From Octopus bimaculoides (lineage: Eukaryota), in assembly GCF_001194135.2 (NCBI RefSeq), contig NC_069000.1:41539964-41603963 (forward strand): a stretch of DNA of 64,000 nt, in the 5' to 3' direction. This document shows positions 63,191-64,000 of the stretch, piece by piece. The first letter of the stretch is position 1. Each line of letters opens with the position of its first letter. The notes beneath the pieces were generated by a model. The model had not been told where the DNA came from, did no database searches, and saw only the letters and a list, made by a program, of their open reading frames with translations. Made by a program: the position numbers and the translations under genes.

Positions 63191-63709
63191 CTGGTGGTGG
63201 TGGTGGTGGTGGTGGTGATAATGGTGATGGTAGCGGTGGTGGTGAAGATGGTGACAATGACAATGGTGGTGGCAGCGGCAACGACAACGATAGTGGTGGT
63301 GGTGGTGGTGGTAGCGGTGATGGTGTTGATGATGATAATTGTGATGATAATGATGATGATTATGACGACGACGACGACATCACTTACCCTCACATCTCCT
63401 TGATTAGGCAACAAGATGTGTTCGTCACTGCATCCATTCAAATCAACCTCTGGCAAAACGCTATGGCGCTGGTTGCAGTTGGAACAGCTCCTGAAACAGA
63501 CAGAAGCACAACAAATACAGTCGTTACGGAACAAGAGAAGGAAGAGGTGTAGGAGAGGTGGACGGTACGAATTGATACGCATAAGGAAGGTCCACTGGTC
63601 GATCCCACATGCAAATAACTGAAACAGACAAAAAGAATGAACCATACCTGCATTTTCCATACATTTTAATGTTATAACACAGAGCATTATCTGGGTTCCG
63701 TTCGTTCTC
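24874..63709 (-). CDS. TDRD12: Tudor domain-containing protein 12-like (piRNA pathway), 3' portion: 26 confident exons plus 1 uncertain, about 1,050 codons; the N-terminal part (expected helicase) lies beyond the right edge
   Basis: TDRD12-type motifs occur in order: LCYNIKMYGKCRSCSNCNQRH, LPNQGDVR, SASHFFGRILE, FFVDIG...YQAVEIFLCRLQPVDCDVRW, NSLWLDPL...VDNPEH. A second extended Tudor follows, then a C-terminal CS domain (PAIYWCQ...YWPRLL) and an acidic tail. Splice phases are consistent except across the gapped 41144-36262 interval. Confidence 0.85.
26658..26731 (-). pseudogene. tRNA-like pseudogene or SINE head (Thr-CGT-like anticodon position)
   Basis: GGGAGTTTAGCTCAATCGGTCAGAGCATCGTGACGCGTAATCACGGAGATGTGAGTTCGTGTCCACAGCTGACC. 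D arm and anticodon stem (CGTGA/TCACG) pair, but position 33 is G, the T-stem is short and the acceptor stem is mismatched. Confidence 0.5.
27649..27769 (-). CDS. TDRD12: TDRD12-like exon (FPNIHKDFGRFEMDFDDDDD...)
   Basis: p23-like 'xIxxDFxxW/F' plus acidic run; phase 0 to 1. Confidence 0.85.
28488..28647 (-). CDS. TDRD12: TDRD12-like exon, CS domain (…LYDKV…IQMSLAKSDPAYWPRLL)
   Basis: L-x-K-x5-W-P-R-L signature of CS domains; phase 2 to 0. Confidence 0.88.
28821..28931 (-). CDS. TDRD12: TDRD12-like exon, start of CS domain (SPAIYWCQNKFRLLVT...)
   Basis: P-x-I-x-W-x-Q signature of CS/p23-like domains; phase 2 to 2. Confidence 0.88.
29341..29628 (-). CDS. TDRD12: TDRD12-like exon with low-complexity A/D/G insert (FKEALANV...LRLCEELLENL...SDTNN)
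   Basis: AATTTCAG| and AG|GTGAGT, 288 nt open, phase 2 to 2. Confidence 0.78.
29687..30099 (-). mobile_element. SINE family B with internal (TA/CA)n microsatellite; other copies at about 3815-4150, 15100-15475, 32800-33310, 38790-39028, 52425-53260, 55930-56300
   Basis: AGGCGTAGGAGTGGCTGTGTGGTAAGTAGCTTGC...GGTTCAGTCCCACTG...GAAACTGAAAGAAGCC-[microsatellite]-...CCAGCATGGCCACAGTCAAATG...AAACAAGTAAAAG. Confidence 0.85.
30495..30776 (-). mobile_element. Same hammerhead/tRNA-headed family, copy 2 (hammerhead 30547-30592, intact CTGATGA...GAAACGTT core)
   Basis: The reverse complement aligns with copy 1 over the tRNA-like head, (TAA)n spacer, hammerhead and tail. Confidence 0.65.
31863..31897 (-). 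ncRNA. Second, unrelated minimal hammerhead-like motif (decayed) in a Penelope-type terminal repeat fragment (about 31825-31955)
   Basis: GTTT-CTGAAGA-A-GAGC-ttt-GCTT-GAAA-TGT-A-AAAC; two C-to-T changes away from a perfect GAGC/GCTC, ACGT fold. Confidence 0.5.
32625..32725 (-). CDS. TDRD12: TDRD12-like exon (CVHICLQVCKNLSEQSRKSKTLLLELNIVPILM)
   Basis: GATTGCAG| and AG|GTAAGT, phase 0 to 2; ARM-like pattern. Confidence 0.82.
33688..33763 (-). CDS. TDRD12: TDRD12-like exon (GLDELKREKPIHSILQIIEDRKCSK)
   Basis: Pyrimidine microsatellite tract then CACAG|; AAG|GTAGGT; phase 2 to 0. Confidence 0.8.
34516..34641 (-). CDS. TDRD12: TDRD12-like exon (VSLLLLQSHMCPHLIAEFVNVDDHDLLEAYLSLFCILIKLE)
   Basis: ATTCCAG| and AG|GTATTG, phase 2 to 2. 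Confidence 0.78.
34738..35062. repeat. Degenerate ~38-bp minisatellite running into an N gap
   Basis: Recurrent AAACCTGAAGTTTTGACACCAAACC..AAGTATTT. Confidence 0.85.
36210..36262 (-). CDS. TDRD12: TDRD12-like exon (MKISVCQMLYSLCQDDI)
   Basis: ATTTCCAG| and AC|GTAAGA; only phase 0 is open. Confidence 0.75.
36400..36690 (+). mobile_element. Degenerate RTE (BovB-like) LINE 3' end with C-terminal zinc-knuckle remnant
   Basis: NPHRCDLRSQDCHSHISLHSHGKHC resembles the RTE C-x2-C...H-x3-C terminus; short tandem-repeat tail. Confidence 0.6.
38337..38562. mobile_element. Tc1/mariner-type MITE
   Basis: TIRs TTGGGTTGTCCGGAAAGTT and AACTTTCCAGACAACCCAA, flanked by TA on both sides. Confidence 0.75.
38582..38649 (-). 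CDS. TDRD12: Possible TDRD12-like exon (best-looking frame NKDEAILQAVLQLVPDLHSFTD)
   Basis: TTTCTTAG| and AG|GTACGT. All three frames are open, and the phase cannot be reconciled without another exon, probably in an N gap. Confidence 0.45.
39559..39951 (+). mobile_element. 5'-truncated R4-clade (Dong/Rex6-like) non-LTR retrotransposon: restriction-like endonuclease C-terminus plus 3' UTR
   Basis: Translates KPDIVLIEKKSKLCWTIDIVCPAD...KVDRYDRLAWEVKQLWSMKKVVVVPIIIGALGTV...LQKTALLGTT*ILRKVLEK*. One premature TGA at 39845; embedded in (TAA)n on both sides. Confidence 0.85.
41144..41269 (-). CDS. TDRD12: TDRD12-like exon (YPERLIAHRYPESLLKLLNYTEDLVIFNTLITILKGLCQHR)
   Basis: GTTGCCAG| and AG|GTATAT, phase 2 to 2; amphipathic helices. 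Confidence 0.75.
43455..43516 (-). CDS. TDRD12: TDRD12-like exon (DKSGLKLTANLLGKYTKVCL)
   Basis: TTATTACAG| and AA|GTAGGT, phase 0 to 2. An alternative frame and donor (end 43451) is also open. Confidence 0.6.
43790..44095. repeat. Degenerate ~20-bp purine-rich minisatellite (GGCTATATTTTAAGGGAAGA-like)
   Basis: Recurrent ATATTTTAAGG/ATATTTTAGGG. Confidence 0.65.
45852..45944 (-). CDS. TDRD12: TDRD12-like exon (PVFEESETAFQIF...VLYWKE)
   Basis: TTTTTAAAG| and GAA|GTAAGT, phase 0 to 0. Confidence 0.75.
46364..46645 (-). CDS. TDRD12: TDRD12-like exon containing D7 and N17 tracts (VVSPC...YAVELLDNT...SVGQQLVNWKKAVSRDGYVQ)
   Basis: GTTTCAG| and CAG|GTGAGA, 282 nt open, phase 0 to 0. SN-like fold motifs flank the repeat. 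Confidence 0.8.
48011..48093 (-). CDS. TDRD12: TDRD12-like exon (HSFSESSELFTNLTQSLDGQNKILTLK)
   Basis: ACACAG| and AAG|GTAAGC, phase 1 to 0. Confidence 0.8.
48785..48960 (-). CDS. TDRD12: TDRD12-like exon, Tudor B core (WHRVRL...VHFVDHG...LPAQAIRCHLAHISPVP)
   Basis: Canonical Tudor WxR...FVDxG...LPxQAIxC; phase 2 to 1. Confidence 0.92.
49231..49358. repeat. 16-bp minisatellite, 8 copies (TGAATGAAAATAGTAT)
   Basis: Direct count; only the last base of the final copy differs. Confidence 0.95.
49514..49627 (-). CDS. TDRD12: TDRD12-like exon (LSELMEKIQESVRKE...EGLHCLAIWSDS)
   Basis: eTudor helix plus first Tudor strand G-x-x-C-L-A; phase 2 to 2. Confidence 0.88.
50154..50282 (-). CDS. TDRD12: TDRD12-like exon, start of extended Tudor B (VVISYIVHPGHFFVQ)
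   Basis: Typical eTudor first strands V-x-x-S-x-x-x-x-P-x-x-F-[YF]-V-Q; phase 2 to 2. Confidence 0.88.
50982..51055 (-). CDS. TDRD12: TDRD12-like exon (HLVLLREKFKKYLPDEKPSIIAKT)
   Basis: CTTTTAG| and AG|GTCAGT, phase 0 to 2. Confidence 0.85.
51976..52105 (-). CDS. TDRD12: TDRD12-like exon (TKNSLWLDPLLER...LAVDNPE)
   Basis: Matches the TDRD12 NTxWxDP...DNPE motif; phase 2 to 0. Confidence 0.9.
53582..53643 (-). CDS. TDRD12: TDRD12-like exon (ANSYTNLWVESKMLYGKIQF)
   Basis: TTTTCACAG| and GT|GTAAGT, phase 0 to 2. Confidence 0.85.
54012..54164 (-). CDS. TDRD12: TDRD12-like exon (LFFVDIGKTEEHP...YQAVEIFLCRLQPVDCDVRWSNF)
   Basis: Tudor core FVDxG plus the QAVE motif; phase 0 to 0. Confidence 0.92.
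54441..54489 (-). CDS. TDRD12: TDRD12-like exon (VTVSKLNNCASKNTVT)
   Basis: CTTTACAG| and ACC|GTAAGT, phase 2 to 0. Confidence 0.8.
55391..55459. repeat. 16-bp unit x4 (CCAGAGC(C/T)GGTTTCAG) inside an AACCCTTT(C/T)GTTACC-type repeat; family also at about 34230-34435, 42790-43210, 44600-44830, 54960-55190
   Basis: Direct reading. Confidence 0.8.
56923..57202 (+). mobile_element. tRNA-derived SINE family A, full copy with 12-bp target-site duplication; other copies at about 11826-11945, 13870-14090, 14345-14545, 19400-19615, 22590-22806, 25255-25430, 36710-36910, 48195-48390, 57936-58135
   Basis: GGCGGTAAGCTGGCAGAA...GTTCTGAGTTCAAATTCCGCCGAGGTCGACTTTGCCTTTCATCC. Flanked by TATACCTACCAG at 56911-56922 and 57203-57214. 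Confidence 0.85.
59195..60388 (+). mobile_element. RTE-clade LINE fragment (post-RT region) followed, across a gap, by the abundant (GAT)n-tailed 3' UTR
   Basis: FVCGRC...EKLEVVDSFRYLGDQVSSGGGCAESVAARIRIAWAKFRELLPLLATKGLSLRVKGRLYD; the tail at 60204-60388 ends GGACGTTAAACGATGATGAT. Confidence 0.75.
60806..60908 (-). CDS. TDRD12: TDRD12-like exon (RVVFLKCTEVGKKACLEEPNNWYMKRKPNISFH); boundaries uncertain
   Basis: TAG| phase-1 acceptor after a 72-nt intron; two in-frame phase-2 donors (exon end 60842 or 60806). Confidence 0.6.
60981..61140 (-). CDS. TDRD12: TDRD12-like exon (IMVLHVKSASHFFGRILE...DPANKKPL), start of extended Tudor A
   Basis: CCTTTCAG| and G|GTAAGG, phase 0 to 1. The acceptor is part of a tandem array. 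Confidence 0.88.
61125..61440. repeat. Six-copy ~42-bp tandem array duplicating a TDRD12 intron/exon junction
   Basis: CATGGAGGACCATAAT-CTGAAAGG(C/T)AAATA..GAAGA(A/G)ATAA units starting at 61125, 61194, 61236, 61292, 61348 and 61390. Confidence 0.9.
61441..61770 (-). mobile_element. Same family, copy 3 (hammerhead 61487-61532, decayed), with inverted arm at about 61692-61770
   Basis: Same modules; CpG-type decay GAAACGTT to GAAATGTT and a disrupted helix II. Confidence 0.65.
62590..63380. repeat. Compound (GT/AT)n and (GAT/GGT)n microsatellite field in a TDRD12 intron
   Basis: Direct reading. Similar fields lie at 23620-23790, 29100-29320, 33400-34140, 38105-38310 and 46670-46970. Confidence 0.9.
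63388..63490 (-). CDS. TDRD12: TDRD12-like exon (SCSNCNQRHSVLPEVDL...LPNQGDVR)
   Basis: TGTTTCAG| and AGG|GTAAGT, phase 2 to 0. Confidence 0.88.
63648..63709 (-). CDS. TDRD12: TDRD12-like exon (ENERNPDNALCYNIKMYGKC)
   Basis: TTTTCCAG| and AG|GTATGG, phase 0 to 2. Confidence 0.85.
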
Positions 63710-64000
63710 CTGGAAAAGAAAATAATAATGATAATAATAACAACAACAACAAGAGCACTCAGAGAGCGCAAACCTCTGCAAAGGCAACACCAACGTTCTC
63801 TCAATGATTAGCCGGAGAGGAATTTTAAAATGAGAATATTTGAAATAAACTTGACTGCTCTCACAAATGAGAATACTAAAAATGAACCTGACCGCTCTCA
63901 AAAATTAAGTAAAAAGAATCGGAAAAATAATCCGGAATCCTTGTCCGGTACTTGATCGATCCCAATGGTAGTCATGGAATATGAAGGTGGCTGAAGAAAA

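Noticed and set aside
62550-63552. His/Thr/Tyr-, Cys/Val- and poly-D/G-rich ORFs (also 23515-23889, 32846-33197, 38046-38485, 46624-47112)
   Set aside because: These are translations of di- and tri-nucleotide microsatellites with no splice or homology support.

Overview
AT-rich, microsatellite- and SINE-dense eukaryotic scaffold with many N gaps. The repeat families suggest a coleoid cephalopod, most likely Octopus (inference). Reading splice sites and exon phases by hand gives three intron-rich genes. (1) ZFAND1 on the minus strand: first 4 coding exons at 7040 to 1552, continuing off the left edge. (2) A complete EIF2S2 (eIF2-beta) on the plus strand: 9 exons at 8263-18788, 322 aa, head-to-head with ZFAND1 and containing one GC-AG intron. 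(3) The 3' ~1,050 codons of a TDRD12-like piRNA-pathway gene on the minus strand: 26 confident exons plus 1 uncertain, 63709 to 24874, tail-to-tail with EIF2S2. Its visible architecture is CCCH finger, extended Tudor, second extended Tudor, ARM-like helical region, CS domain, acidic tail. The most unusual observations are: a tRNA-headed, Penelope-like non-autonomous repeat carrying a minimal type-I hammerhead ribozyme (3 copies, plus a second hammerhead family); a six-copy tandem array that duplicates a TDRD12 splice acceptor; microsatellite-encoded poly-D/N and poly-G tracts inside TDRD12 coding exons; and a probable compact bidirectional ZFAND1/EIF2S2 promoter. Gene identities rest on my recollection of homologous sequences; no database search was run.
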